NCBI GenBank assembly: GCA_963706595.1
Contig: OY970166.1
Span: forward strand, 1,760,001-1,824,000
Direction of reading: 5' to 3'
From: an uncultured cyanobacterium
GTDB taxonomy: Bacteria > Cyanobacteriota > Cyanobacteriia > Cyanobacteriales > Nostocaceae
DNA length: 64,000 nucleotides
Within the stretch, counting starts at the first letter, position 1; every line of letters starts with the position of its first letter. The notes beneath the pieces were generated by a model that saw only the letters and a program-made list of their open reading frames with translations, was not told where the DNA came from and made no database searches. Of the stretch, positions 46,976 to 56,820 are shown in pieces. Both the position numbers and the translations under genes were made by a program.

Positions 46976-48817
46976 GTGTCTGAATCTTTGCCAATCCGCG
47001 ACCGCTATCTTACTTTTATTGATGAAATTATTGAATCCACCCTCAAGGGCAAAATTAGCTCTGTAGAGATGGTGTATCAAATGCTGCAAAAAAATATAAT
47101 TTCGGGGACAGGGGAAGTCTTTGAATTAGTTTTGAGCGATCGCCTCAGTAGCATTCAAAGCCAAGTGGATGGTGAAACCGATGAACTCAAGCAAGCCAAA
47201 GCCAACCGGAAATTAAGAGCGATTAAGACCATTCAAAGCCAATGGCAAAGATATTCGCAGCAAAATCAAGCTACAGAAGCGATCGCCTCAGCCGTTAGAG
47301 AAATTACTACAGCTTCCACAGATGAACGTCTGACTATATTTTTACGAGTTATCGACCCCAATCAAAAGCAAGCGCCAAACACACAACAACTACAACAGTT
47401 AGCCAAAGGTTTACAACAATTCGCTCAAGTAGATAGTGATTTACAGGAAATATCCCAGGGAATTACCCGTGGTTTAAGCACTTGGCAAGGACTGCAAGAC
47501 CACTTGGTAAGCTGGATGTATGAGAAAAATCAACAATTGGGTTTTGGTGGCGTTCCTGGGGAAAGTGGCCCTTGGGCAACTTGGGCAAAACAAGTTAAAA
47601 GTCATGTCCCCCAATCCCTGCTTCGCGCCTTAGCAATGGGAGAATCTGCGATTGAATTTGCCGAAAAACAAAGCAGTATTAGTCTCAGTGACTGGGTAGA
47701 AGTAGCATTAATTTTACAGTACCTGCAACGAGGTTTAGTCAACTGGTTCGACCAACAAGCCTACAACGTCCAAGCCGGCTCAAAAATGTCAATTTCCACA
47801 TTCTTGACCTTTGCAGTAATTTGGAGTCAATTAGCCAGTGGTTTTCAAAGTAGAGCCGCATACAGTAATGGCTGTTCTCAAATTATGCTCCAAATTTTAC
47901 GCACCTTTGCCCAACGTCCATATTTTCCCCTTTATGGTGGGATTTTCGCATCTTTTGCCGGTAACTATTTACGGGATGCTTTAGATTATCTCGATGAACC
48001 ATTGCGACGAGTTGAGGGAACCCAAGAAAAAGCCAGAATCCTGACACTTTTAGGCTATTCACAGCGTGCATTAGGACAATATCAGCGTTCAATTCATTTT
48101 CATCAACAAGCCCTGGAGATAGCGAGAAATGCAGGCGATCGCCCCTGTGAACTTGCCAATCTCAACCACCTCAGCCGCACTTATGTACAAGAAAAAAATT
48201 ATCCTGAAGCGATAAATAATAGTCAACGAGCATTAATGCTGAGTCGCCAAGCCGGGGAAAGGACAGCCGAAGCCAATGCCTTGGTAAACTTAGGTTACAG
48301 CGAAGTTATGCAGGCGCAAAAGCTGGAACAAGTAGAAACAGAAGTCTATGAATCAGCTATTAACTATTTAGAACAAGGATTAAAGTTATCAGAACAATTA
48401 GGAGATATTCAAAGTAAAGCTTTATGTTTTAATAGCTTAGGTATTGCCTATTTAGTCATAGGTCAATCAGCAGCAGCAATTCCCTATTTAGAAAATGGGT
48501 TTAAAACAGCCCAAGTTTCCGGAGACTTATATCTTCAAGGGCGCAACTTAGCTTATTTATCGGAAGCTTATTATAATTTACAAAATTCTGAAAAAGCGAT
48601 TTATACAGGTGGTTTAGGAATGTATTTGTTAGAGCAAATTGCTTCTAATGAATGGCGACAATCAGCAGGTTTACTCACAATTTTACAAGGACAAATGGGA
48701 GCAGAAGCCTTCCAAAGTTTATTACAACAACATCGCCCAAAAATGATTGCGATTATTGGTGTAGATGGATATGATTACATTCCCAAATTGTTAGAAATTT
48801 ACAAAGAAAGTATGTAA
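46976..48817 (+). CDS. Tetratricopeptide-repeat protein
   Basis: 613 aa with C-terminal TPR-like repeats (HQQALEIA, ANALVNLG). Confidence 0.85.
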   Translation: MSESLPIRDRYLTFIDEIIESTLKGKISSVEMVYQMLQKNIISGTGEVFELVLSDRLSSIQSQVDGETDELKQAKANRKLRAIKTIQSQWQRYSQQNQATEAIASAVREITTASTDERLTIFLRVIDPNQKQAPNTQQLQQLAKGLQQFAQVDSDLQEISQGITRGLSTWQGLQDHLVSWMYEKNQQLGFGGVPGESGPWATWAKQVKSHVPQSLLRALAMGESAIEFAEKQSSISLSDWVEVALILQYLQRGLVNWFDQQAYNVQAGSKMSISTFLTFAVIWSQLASGFQSRAAYSNGCSQIMLQILRTFAQRPYFPLYGGIFASFAGNYLRDALDYLDEPLRRVEGTQEKARILTLLGYSQRALGQYQRSIHFHQQALEIARNAGDRPCELANLNHLSRTYVQEKNYPEAINNSQRALMLSRQAGERTAEANALVNLGYSEVMQAQKLEQVETEVYESAINYLEQGLKLSEQLGDIQSKALCFNSLGIAYLVIGQSAAAIPYLENGFKTAQVSGDLYLQGRNLAYLSEAYYNLQNSEKAIYTGGLGMYLLEQIASNEWRQSAGLLTILQGQMGAEAFQSLLQQHRPKMIAIIGVDGYDYIPKLLEIYKESM

Positions 48818-49138
48818 ATATGAAAAGTTTGTAGTCAGGACTTTAGTCCTTTCTATATTTTGCAACCGTCGCCATAACCCGCCGGAGGTTCTTTTTCACA
48901 GCACGTAAAAAGTAAAAACATCCTACCAGCGTTGGGTTTCACAAAGCTTGAACCCAACCTACTGGCTGATGTAAAAAACCGTTCGGTTGACGCTCACGGC
49001 GAAGCCTATTAAACCCTCTTACCTTGGCGTTCTTTGCGTCTAAAGCCCTGGGGGCATACGCTGCGCGTAAAGCCTACGGCATAGCTACGCTTAAAGCGGA
49101 GCTTTCGCTTTAGCGATAGGTGGTTCGTTTCTGAAAAA

Positions 49139-50020
49139 TTACAGCATTCGTCGCAATTCTGCCACTGTATTGGCTGTGATAATTGCCCGTAAAATCAATT
49201 TTAAACGTTCTAAATCCGAAATTTCGACAATTTGCGGCATCAATTCCAAACCATCGCTACCAAATTTGGCTTCTAAGCTAGTTTCAATGCTAAAAGTTAT
49301 TCCTTGTCGTTGTCCGCGTGTTTCACCGCGTGCTTCACCACGTGCTTCACCGCGTACTTCACCCTCGCGTAATATTTCCTGATACCAAGGCGACTCATGT
49401 AACACAGCCATATCCCACCTCATTATATCTTGAACTAACGCCGTCTCTAGTACAAAGGTAGCAAAAAATGCTAACACCGTTTCCAGTTGGTTTAACTGTT
49501 CATTGGCACGTAAAATTTGTAAGGCTTCTCTAATTGTAGACTCGTCTTCTCCACCTTTGAGAATTGGGACAAAAGGAAGCAACGAAGGTAACGGTTGTTG
49601 AAAAGCTATATTTACGTCTACTTCCCATAAATTAATCACTCGGTAGTCTTGACGTACTTGTAAACCGGCAACATTTGATGTGTATGTTGTGGGAATTTCT
49701 GCGTTTGTAGACTTGAGAATGTTGATTAATACCGGGTAAGTTGGTAAATCATATTTCTCTTCTGCAAGTCCGGCATAAGCACGTATCCGACGCGGCATTT
49801 TGGAAGTATAGCGCAATTGCAGCTCGTTGAGGACAAGAAATTCCTCACCTTGGGGATTTTGGACGCGGATCAAAACATCACTTTCTCGGCTAATCCACTG
49901 AAATTCGGAGTTGATAATTTCACTGGCGACAAGATCAGGTATTTGTGTTACCCATCTTACCCAGTTATCTGGTGCGAGACTAATTAACCTTTTGGTGCTG
50001 ACATCTGCGGGTTTTGCCAT
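49139..50020 (-). CDS. Rpn-family recombination-promoting nuclease / putative transposase
   Basis: ESDVL...LNELQ, MPRRIRAY, ESPWYQEIL and RGEA repeats. Confidence 0.88.
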   Translation of the reverse strand: MAKPADVSTKRLISLAPDNWVRWVTQIPDLVASEIINSEFQWISRESDVLIRVQNPQGEEFLVLNELQLRYTSKMPRRIRAYAGLAEEKYDLPTYPVLINILKSTNAEIPTTYTSNVAGLQVRQDYRVINLWEVDVNIAFQQPLPSLLPFVPILKGGEDESTIREALQILRANEQLNQLETVLAFFATFVLETALVQDIMRWDMAVLHESPWYQEILREGEVRGEARGEARGETRGQRQGITFSIETSLEAKFGSDGLELMPQIVEISDLERLKLILRAIITANTVAELRRML

Positions 50021-50061
50021 TGGGACAAATTAATATTGCAGTATCGAGTTTAACAAACAAA

Positions 50062-50961
50062 TTAGTGATTTTTTTCAACTGATTTAATTCCCTTTTTAAC
50101 TAATTCTGGAATTAGTGAAGGACGTTCAGCGACGGGAACTTTTGCTTCTTTAAAAGCAGCTAATTTACTTTGGGCTGTGCCAAAATTAGGGTCACGTCCG
50201 ATAACTGTGGCTAAGGTTCCACTTTGTCGCCAACTTCTTGCTAGTGGTGCGTGTCTACCGGCAATATAGGCAATTACTGGTTTATCAATTGCTTCAGTAA
50301 TGTATCGCGCTGCGGCTTCTTCACTATCACCGCCGGGTTGACCAACTAAAACGATCGCTTCGGTAGTTTCATCTTCGTCGAGAATTTGTAACCATTGTAG
50401 AAACGATGAACCCACGATCGCATCACTACCAATACTGACACTAATTGATTGTCCTAAACCAGCTTTGGTTAATTCCCAAGCAACTTCATAAGTCAGGGTA
50501 CTACTGCGGCTAACAATCCCTACAGATCCAGGTGTATATAATTCGCTGGGTTGACTTCCCAAAAGGATTTTTCCCGGTACAATAATTCCTGGACTGTTGG
50601 GACCGACAATCAAGGTTTCACCTGCTTCGGCTTTACGCAGTAATTGCACCATATCCAACGGTGGTACGCCACCAGTAATGATGATAATCTGGCTAATGTT
50701 GCAGGCGATCGCTTCTAAGGCTGCATCTAAAACTTGGTAGGGATGTACGCAAATAATCGCTGTGTCAATTGTCCCAAATTTTGCCACCACCTCTTCCACC
50801 AAATCGAATACTGGCAGATTGTAACGTTGCTGTCCACCACATCCAGGATCGACACCAGCAACCAAATTTGTACCATAAGCTTTCATTTGAGCAATATGAG
50901 TTGCTGTGATAAATTCACTAAAGCCTTGGATTAATACTTTGCTGTCTGGTGTTAAGTTCAT
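50062..50961 (-). CDS. sucD: Succinyl-CoA synthetase alpha subunit homolog (divergent)
   Basis: KVLIQG, GPNSPG, VSRSSTLTYE and SIGSD; ATG at 50961. Confidence 0.88.
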   Translation of the reverse strand: MNLTPDSKVLIQGFSEFITATHIAQMKAYGTNLVAGVDPGCGGQQRYNLPVFDLVEEVVAKFGTIDTAIICVHPYQVLDAALEAIACNISQIIIITGGVPPLDMVQLLRKAEAGETLIVGPNSPGIIVPGKILLGSQPSELYTPGSVGIVSRSSTLTYEVAWELTKAGLGQSISVSIGSDAIVGSSFLQWLQILDEDETTEAIVLVGQPGGDSEEAAARYITEAIDKPVIAYIAGRHAPLARSWRQSGTLATVIGRDPNFGTAQSKLAAFKEAKVPVAERPSLIPELVKKGIKSVEKNH

Positions 50962-51068
50962 ATAAGATTTTGGTATTTTTGGCAATTATCTGGGTTCACT
51001 TCTCCCAAAGGGAGACGCTTTGCGAACACGTACCAACTCAGTTGAGAAATTTAGCAAAAATCATCTGA

Positions 51069-52295
51069 TTATGCCTTTCTGTAAGCCGTTGGTTTGGCAA
51101 GACGAACAGCTTCTGCCACCGCTTCATCTAAATTTTCTACTACTATCAAAGCATCAGTTTGAGTGTTTAAGGTGGCTAAAAAATCCTTAGCAACATTGAA
51201 CTCAGAACCAGTAATCCGGACAACCAATCGCGGAAAATGATGCTCTCGGCGGGTTCTGCTGCTAACTCTGACAGTGTGTGATTTGATTTCGTGGTGGTCT
51301 TGCTGGACAAAATTGCTAATAATGTTGGCGACTTCCTCCGTCTGAGGTACACTACCTAGAAGGTTAAGCAGGATGACTTGAATGCTTTTGTCGGCTGCGA
51401 GGATGTTCAAACCTTTGGCTAGGCGATCGCAAAAAGTCGTCGGTGCAACATCTGTCACCAAAGCATGGCGCAAATTCAGACAACTCCCAGGTTTACCACC
51501 AGCACTGGTGACTAAATCTAAGGTAGCCATCATGGAACCAGTACCATTGCCCAAAATGCCAATTTTACCGTGTAATTCTAAACCATCCCAATCACCTAAG
51601 TGACCGTTGACGGAACTTCTGCTATGACGGTTAGCTATTTTTACGGCGATCTCCGTTAAGTCCCGATGGCGACCAATGGCGCGTTCGTTGATACTGACTT
51701 TACCATTGAGCGCCATAACTTCACCGGACGCATTTACGGCCAAGGGATTAATTTCTACCAAGTCTAAATCTTTCTGCACAAATAACTGGTACATCTTCTC
51801 AACCACCGAGCTGACAGACTGCATTAATTTACCTTGCAAACCCATTTTTAATGCCAGTCGCCGGGCATAGAAAGGAGAAAATTCTTGTTCCACCACAACG
51901 TGATGCATTTTCTCCCCTGCGGATTCCCAATCAATATCAGCTTCTGTGCAACCTAAAAGCACTGGTCGGCAGACAGCTGTATCTAAAACTACTGCAAGAT
52001 AAAGTTCTTGCTTTTTAATATACAGAGATTCTGCCAGTAACACTTCTGGTAATTCGCCCCAAATCGGCAAATTAAAGATCGTTTGGGCTGCGGCGATCGC
52101 ATCAATTGTTGTTTCCACAAACCTGACTCCACCAGCCTTGGCTCTGTCACCCGCATACACCTGCGACTTCAGTACAATGGGATAGCGAATTTTTAAACGT
52201 TTCAAATCTGTGGGATGGTCAATTCGTTGGGCAGGCAATATGGGAATGCCTATTTTTCCAAACCATTCTTTAACTTGGTACTCCAATAAATCCAT
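51069..52295 (-). CDS. sucC: Succinyl-CoA synthetase beta subunit homolog (divergent)
   Basis: MDLLEYQ, KSQV...RAKAGGV and EINPL; adjacent to sucD. Confidence 0.88.
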   Translation of the reverse strand: MDLLEYQVKEWFGKIGIPILPAQRIDHPTDLKRLKIRYPIVLKSQVYAGDRAKAGGVRFVETTIDAIAAAQTIFNLPIWGELPEVLLAESLYIKKQELYLAVVLDTAVCRPVLLGCTEADIDWESAGEKMHHVVVEQEFSPFYARRLALKMGLQGKLMQSVSSVVEKMYQLFVQKDLDLVEINPLAVNASGEVMALNGKVSINERAIGRHRDLTEIAVKIANRHSRSSVNGHLGDWDGLELHGKIGILGNGTGSMMATLDLVTSAGGKPGSCLNLRHALVTDVAPTTFCDRLAKGLNILAADKSIQVILLNLLGSVPQTEEVANIISNFVQQDHHEIKSHTVRVSSRTRREHHFPRLVVRITGSEFNVAKDFLATLNTQTDALIVVENLDEAVAEAVRLAKPTAYRKA

Positions 52296-53093
52296 TTAAT
52301 TGCACCTTGTATTTACACTTCCAAAAGCATTTCTTTGGTGCTGTTTTTGACTTTTTATAGCACTATGATTACGTGATTTTGCTTGTTTCGTCTATAATAA
52401 ATAGTTTATTTCTTATGTATTAATTCTATCGGATTCCGTAAACAATGCCAATCAGTTGCTCAGATTAAAACATAACTACTGTACTTACTAAAAGTTATTA
52501 ATATTTACAGTGAGTTTGCTAGCATATAACAAAACCAGCATTAATGTCAAAAAAACCTGGTATCAGATATTTTTTATTAGCTCTGAATCAGAACTACTGG
52601 AGATGCTTTTGTCCTTAGTCGCAGGGTACAGCCAGCACTTAGCGAACTTTGGCCTCCACCGAGGTAACTGGCTTCCGATGCCGATGGAAAAATGTTACAA
52701 ATTGTCTCATTTTCTTCTGCTATGGAAATGCTAGCGCGGCTCGACTGGTTTTGACTTCCTCTGAACGGTACTGTCCATCTGAATCATGAGCAAGATTTAA
52801 CATTTTGGAAAAAAGTCAGAATTTGTGTTAAAAAGTTGGTCTACCAAATACAGTAGGCATACGGAAATTCCAGCTAGTGGTAATCTGTAAGACTAGTTAG
52901 TACCTTGTACTAAAAAGCCGGATGATGTCAAACAATAATTTACCGCTACAGCTAAAGCTGAGGGGTGAGAATGTCCATTGATTGACTGATTGTGGTTCAA
53001 TACACTGTGTATCTGCATTCCCTAAATGCAAATGCTTTATTTGATCCTTTCCCAGATAAACAAAACAATATATAAACTCAGCAGTAACGCTTT

Positions 53094-54788
53094 ATGAAAG
53101 TAGCAGTTCAGCAGGAAGACTTACAACTTTTAGCCAGAACTTTAAAAGAACAAGTTCTGGCCGAAGTTCCCTCTGGTGAAGTCTTCCAAATTAATTGTGC
53201 TGTCAAAAAAGACCAGTTAATGATTTTAACGCAACATCCACTAGGTGTGACTGTTGACACTCAATCCATCTTTGTCGTGCTGTCGTCAGCACTCCAGTTG
53301 TCACCAACTTACAAGGAACAGCAGGTGCAATGCTTTATCAGAATATTTGGGGAAGAACTACCCTACGCTAGATGTTCCTTAACTATGAAGCCAAGGTCGG
53401 AAATGAGGCGACCAATACCGCTCTCATCTTCTTTGACCTATACTCCTGCGTTGACTGAGAATGAGTCAGAAGAATTGTTTGATCTTTTGGTAGATACACC
53501 AGATTTTGGGACTACCCAGCCACAAAGCCCCGTTAAATCTTTACTGTTCGGGATAACTTTGCTAGGAATTTGTGTGTTTGGTGGTGGCTTTTACTTGTTA
53601 ACTCGTCCTTGTGTCCTGTCTGAGTGTCAAGAAATCCAAACTGCTCAACAATTGAACTTGGAATCTCGACAACTGATGCGTCGTGCTAATTCGGAAAATC
53701 GATTAGTTGCTATACAACAGCAATTAGACACAGCTAGTAACAACCTGTTAATTATTCCCCGTTGGTCGTCGCGTTACCAACAAGCTGGGGAGTTAAAAGC
53801 TCGTTTGTCTATGCAGTCAGACAAAATTAACCAGGTGTTAACAGCTTTACAGGCGGCAGATGTGGCAGAGCAAAAAATGCAACAGACAGCCAATAGTCTA
53901 GAACAATTACAAGATATACAACATTCATGGCGACAAGCGATCGCACCATTGGAGGCGATAGGTGCTAATAGTGAATTGTATGAGCTAGTACAAGGGAGAT
54001 TAGTCAAATTTCGGGTGAGTTTGCAAGCTGTAAATCAGCAGTTACTCGCCCAAGAACAATGGCTCAAAAAACTCAATGATGCCAAAGCTGTGGCAATTGT
54101 GGCACAGGAGCGCCAAGCCAGCGCTAAATCCTTAAATGAATGGGAAAAGGCACAATCTACTTGGCAAGTAGTGATTAATGCTTTAAATCTGATTCCCCAG
54201 ACTAGCCCAGCATACCCAGAAGCCCAAGAATTGTTATTACAGTTTAAACCTCAATTAGCCAGGACACGCGATCGCGCCACCATCGAACAAATAGCAGCTA
54301 AAAGTTATCAACAAGCCATCAACACTGCCAATCAAGCCAAAAGCTTTGAGCAACAAAACCAATGGCAGGTAGCCGTGACATACTGGGATCAGGCTTTACA
54401 GAATGTGAAACAAATTTCTCGAGATAGTCTTTACTACAATCAATCTCAAAGCCTGATTGAACCTTACTCAACCGCCCTCCAGCAAGCACAAGACAAACTC
54501 CAAACCTTGAACGGGTTGCAAAAAGTTCGTAATCAGCTAGATAAAACCTGTTCTAGAGAAATTCAAATTTGCACTTTCACTATTAATAACACCGGAATTG
54601 CCGTATCGCTCACCCCTGAATATGAAGAACTGCTACAAACAACATTATCTGAAACCGACCTTCAGACCACAAATCACTGGTATATTTTACAAGAAGCTTT
54701 GCGGGGAATTGGTGATCAAGCCAATTTGCCAATCTTGATTTATGATACTCAAGGGCAAGGAATATATACGTATATACCGAAAGGATAG
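53094..54788 (+). CDS. Membrane-anchored helical-repeat hypothetical protein
   Basis: 564 aa, one TM helix, repeated W..AI..L..I...S..Y..AQ units. Confidence 0.75.
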   Translation: MKVAVQQEDLQLLARTLKEQVLAEVPSGEVFQINCAVKKDQLMILTQHPLGVTVDTQSIFVVLSSALQLSPTYKEQQVQCFIRIFGEELPYARCSLTMKPRSEMRRPIPLSSSLTYTPALTENESEELFDLLVDTPDFGTTQPQSPVKSLLFGITLLGICVFGGGFYLLTRPCVLSECQEIQTAQQLNLESRQLMRRANSENRLVAIQQQLDTASNNLLIIPRWSSRYQQAGELKARLSMQSDKINQVLTALQAADVAEQKMQQTANSLEQLQDIQHSWRQAIAPLEAIGANSELYELVQGRLVKFRVSLQAVNQQLLAQEQWLKKLNDAKAVAIVAQERQASAKSLNEWEKAQSTWQVVINALNLIPQTSPAYPEAQELLLQFKPQLARTRDRATIEQIAAKSYQQAINTANQAKSFEQQNQWQVAVTYWDQALQNVKQISRDSLYYNQSQSLIEPYSTALQQAQDKLQTLNGLQKVRNQLDKTCSREIQICTFTINNTGIAVSLTPEYEELLQTTLSETDLQTTNHWYILQEALRGIGDQANLPILIYDTQGQGIYTYIPKG

Positions 54789-54939
54789 TGATCTCAAAAG
54801 GCGATGTTCCCAATTCCAAATTTAAAAGCCCCGGAATTTAGGCATAGGATCAATCTAAAATCCAAAATTGTGTTGCTCTGTGTTGCTGTTGCCAAAAACA
54901 CTGAAACAATAAAAGTAGAACCTAGATTAAATATAAACC

Positions 54940-55674
54940 ATGCCTGAACTTCCCAAAAGTCTTGAAGAAGCGATCGCCCAATCTCGCATCGCCACCCAAG
55001 CAGCCCTTGCAGATGGCTACACTCGCTTACAAGTTGATTTTTTGTTCCCAGAACTCAAACTGATGCCAGTAGCGGAACAATTTTTATCTTTGTTTACAGA
55101 ATATGATTCCCGCCTGAAAATTTTCTTTCCCGATGCTGGTGGTGCAGCTTTAGCTAAACGTGATTGGGCGGGTACACCATTTAATATATTGGATATCGGT
55201 ACAGGTAGGGCGGCTTCCCTACAGTCGAAAATTCAACCAGAAGACGAGATTTTTCTATTTATCGCCCCAACTTCCGTAGAGGTTCCCCAAGTGGAAAAGC
55301 TATGTGAAAATATAGGCGATCGCCCTTTTGTGATGTTAAATCCGCGCCTGGAAGATTCCGGTGTTGTCGGTATTGGTTATACAGCCAGACAAACCCGCCA
55401 GCGTTTCATTAGCACTCTGGAATCTTGTTACTACCTGCGTCCTGTAGATGATACAACGGCTGTATTTCGCTGCTATCCCGGATTATGGGAAGTCTGGGTA
55501 GAAACCAACGGCGAGTATCAAAAAGTTGCCGAATTACCGAAAAGACCCACAGGTGATGAGTTGGATGTAATTGTCATCCAAGGACAACCACAAACAGGGA
55601 CAGATTCTGCACCTGCGAAAAAGCCCAGTGTGTTCAAGAGTTTGCAACGGTTTTTTAAGGCGTTGAGTAGCTAA
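54940..55674 (+). CDS. DUF1995-family protein
   Basis: FFPDAGGAALA, MLNPRLE and FRCYPGLW. Confidence 0.85.
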   Translation: MPELPKSLEEAIAQSRIATQAALADGYTRLQVDFLFPELKLMPVAEQFLSLFTEYDSRLKIFFPDAGGAALAKRDWAGTPFNILDIGTGRAASLQSKIQPEDEIFLFIAPTSVEVPQVEKLCENIGDRPFVMLNPRLEDSGVVGIGYTARQTRQRFISTLESCYYLRPVDDTTAVFRCYPGLWEVWVETNGEYQKVAELPKRPTGDELDVIVIQGQPQTGTDSAPAKKPSVFKSLQRFFKALSS

Positions 55675-55811
55675 CCCAAAGACCAGAAAAATTAACCACA
55701 GATGAACACAGATATAGCTGGGGAGTAGGGAGTAGGGAGTGGGGAGTGGGGAGTGGGTTAAAACCCCAATAGTTCCTTAATGCTACAAATCCCCAGATTT
55801 ATCTGTGGAAT

Positions 55812-55866
55812 CAATCTCAAATCCCAAATCTAAAATCTAAAATCTAAAATCTAAAATCTAAAATTG
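55812..55866. repeat. STRR heptamer array (CTAAAAT) abutting the surE start
   Basis: About seven tandem units ending a few nt before ATG 55868. Confidence 0.85.
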
Positions 55867-55867
55867 T

Positions 55868-56569
55868 ATGACTATAATGCTCACCAATGACGACGGAATT
55901 GATGCTCCTGGCATTCAAGCCTTGTTTCAGGCGATAAATGGTAAAAAAGCAATTATTGCCGCACCTAAAGACCATCAATCTGGATGTGGGCATCAAGTCA
56001 CTACGACTCGTGGGATTAATCTGCAAAAGCGTGCTGAAAATGAGTATGCGTTAGCGAAGCTTACCGAAGGTATCGCAGGTACTCCCGCCGATTGTGTGAG
56101 AATCGCCACCAGCCAAATTTGCCCAGAAATCAAATTTGTGCTTTCAGGTATCAATGCTGGGGGAAACTTAGGCGTAGATGCTTATATTTCCGGTACTGTT
56201 GCGGCTGTGCGGGAAGGGGCTACCCAAAATATTCCCGGAATTGCTATTTCCCAATATCGCAAAGGTAAGCTAAGTTTTGATTGGGATGTGGCTGCTAAAT
56301 TGACGGCTGAAGTTTTAGCTGATTTACTCCATCGTCCCTTAGAACCGGGAAGCTTTTGGAATGTGAATTTGCCACATCTGCAACCAGGGGACTCCCATCC
56401 TCAGATGGTATTTTGCCAACCCTGTACCAAACCGTTACCGATTAACTATCGCATTGACGGCGATGATTTTTATTATGTAGGGGAATATAGTCAACGCGAT
56501 CGCACTCCTGGTAGTGATGTTGATGTCTGTTTTTCCGGTAATATCGCCGTCACTCAATTAAGAGTTTGA
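55868..56569 (+). CDS. surE: 5'/3'-nucleotidase SurE
   Basis: LTNDDG, QSG, GTPADC, SGINAGGN and SGTV. Confidence 0.94.
   Translation: MTIMLTNDDGIDAPGIQALFQAINGKKAIIAAPKDHQSGCGHQVTTTRGINLQKRAENEYALAKLTEGIAGTPADCVRIATSQICPEIKFVLSGINAGGNLGVDAYISGTVAAVREGATQNIPGIAISQYRKGKLSFDWDVAAKLTAEVLADLLHRPLEPGSFWNVNLPHLQPGDSHPQMVFCQPCTKPLPINYRIDGDDFYYVGEYSQRDRTPGSDVDVCFSGNIAVTQLRV
56051..56071. repeat. 21-nt SDR5-type element inserted into a HIP1 site within surE
   Basis: GCG-[TTAGCGAAGCTTACCGAAGGT]-ATCGC; removal regenerates GCGATCGC and EYAIAGTPADC. Confidence 0.85.
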
Positions 56570-56610
56570 TATCAAACATTTGGGAAAAAAATGTAGAGAC
56601 TTGTGATATG

Positions 56611-56800
56611 TAGAAGTTACGCATTGACAATTAACATTAAATATGTATTGTAAAAAATCAGATATTTCGTAGGGGTTTAGCATTGCTAAACCCCTACAAT
56701 GCTGGTCTATTTACAATCAAAATAATCGGGGATAAAAGTCTGAAACGAGGTATTTTATGGAAATCATACCCTGATTAATTTGTAAAGTGCGTAAGTTCTA
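56611..56800. mobile_element. 190-bp family-A MITE
   Basis: TAGAAGTTACGCA...TGCGTAAGTTCTA with ATATG duplicated at 56606-56610 and 56801-56805. Confidence 0.88.
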
Positions 56801-56820
56801 ATATGTAGTTTCTACAAGAA

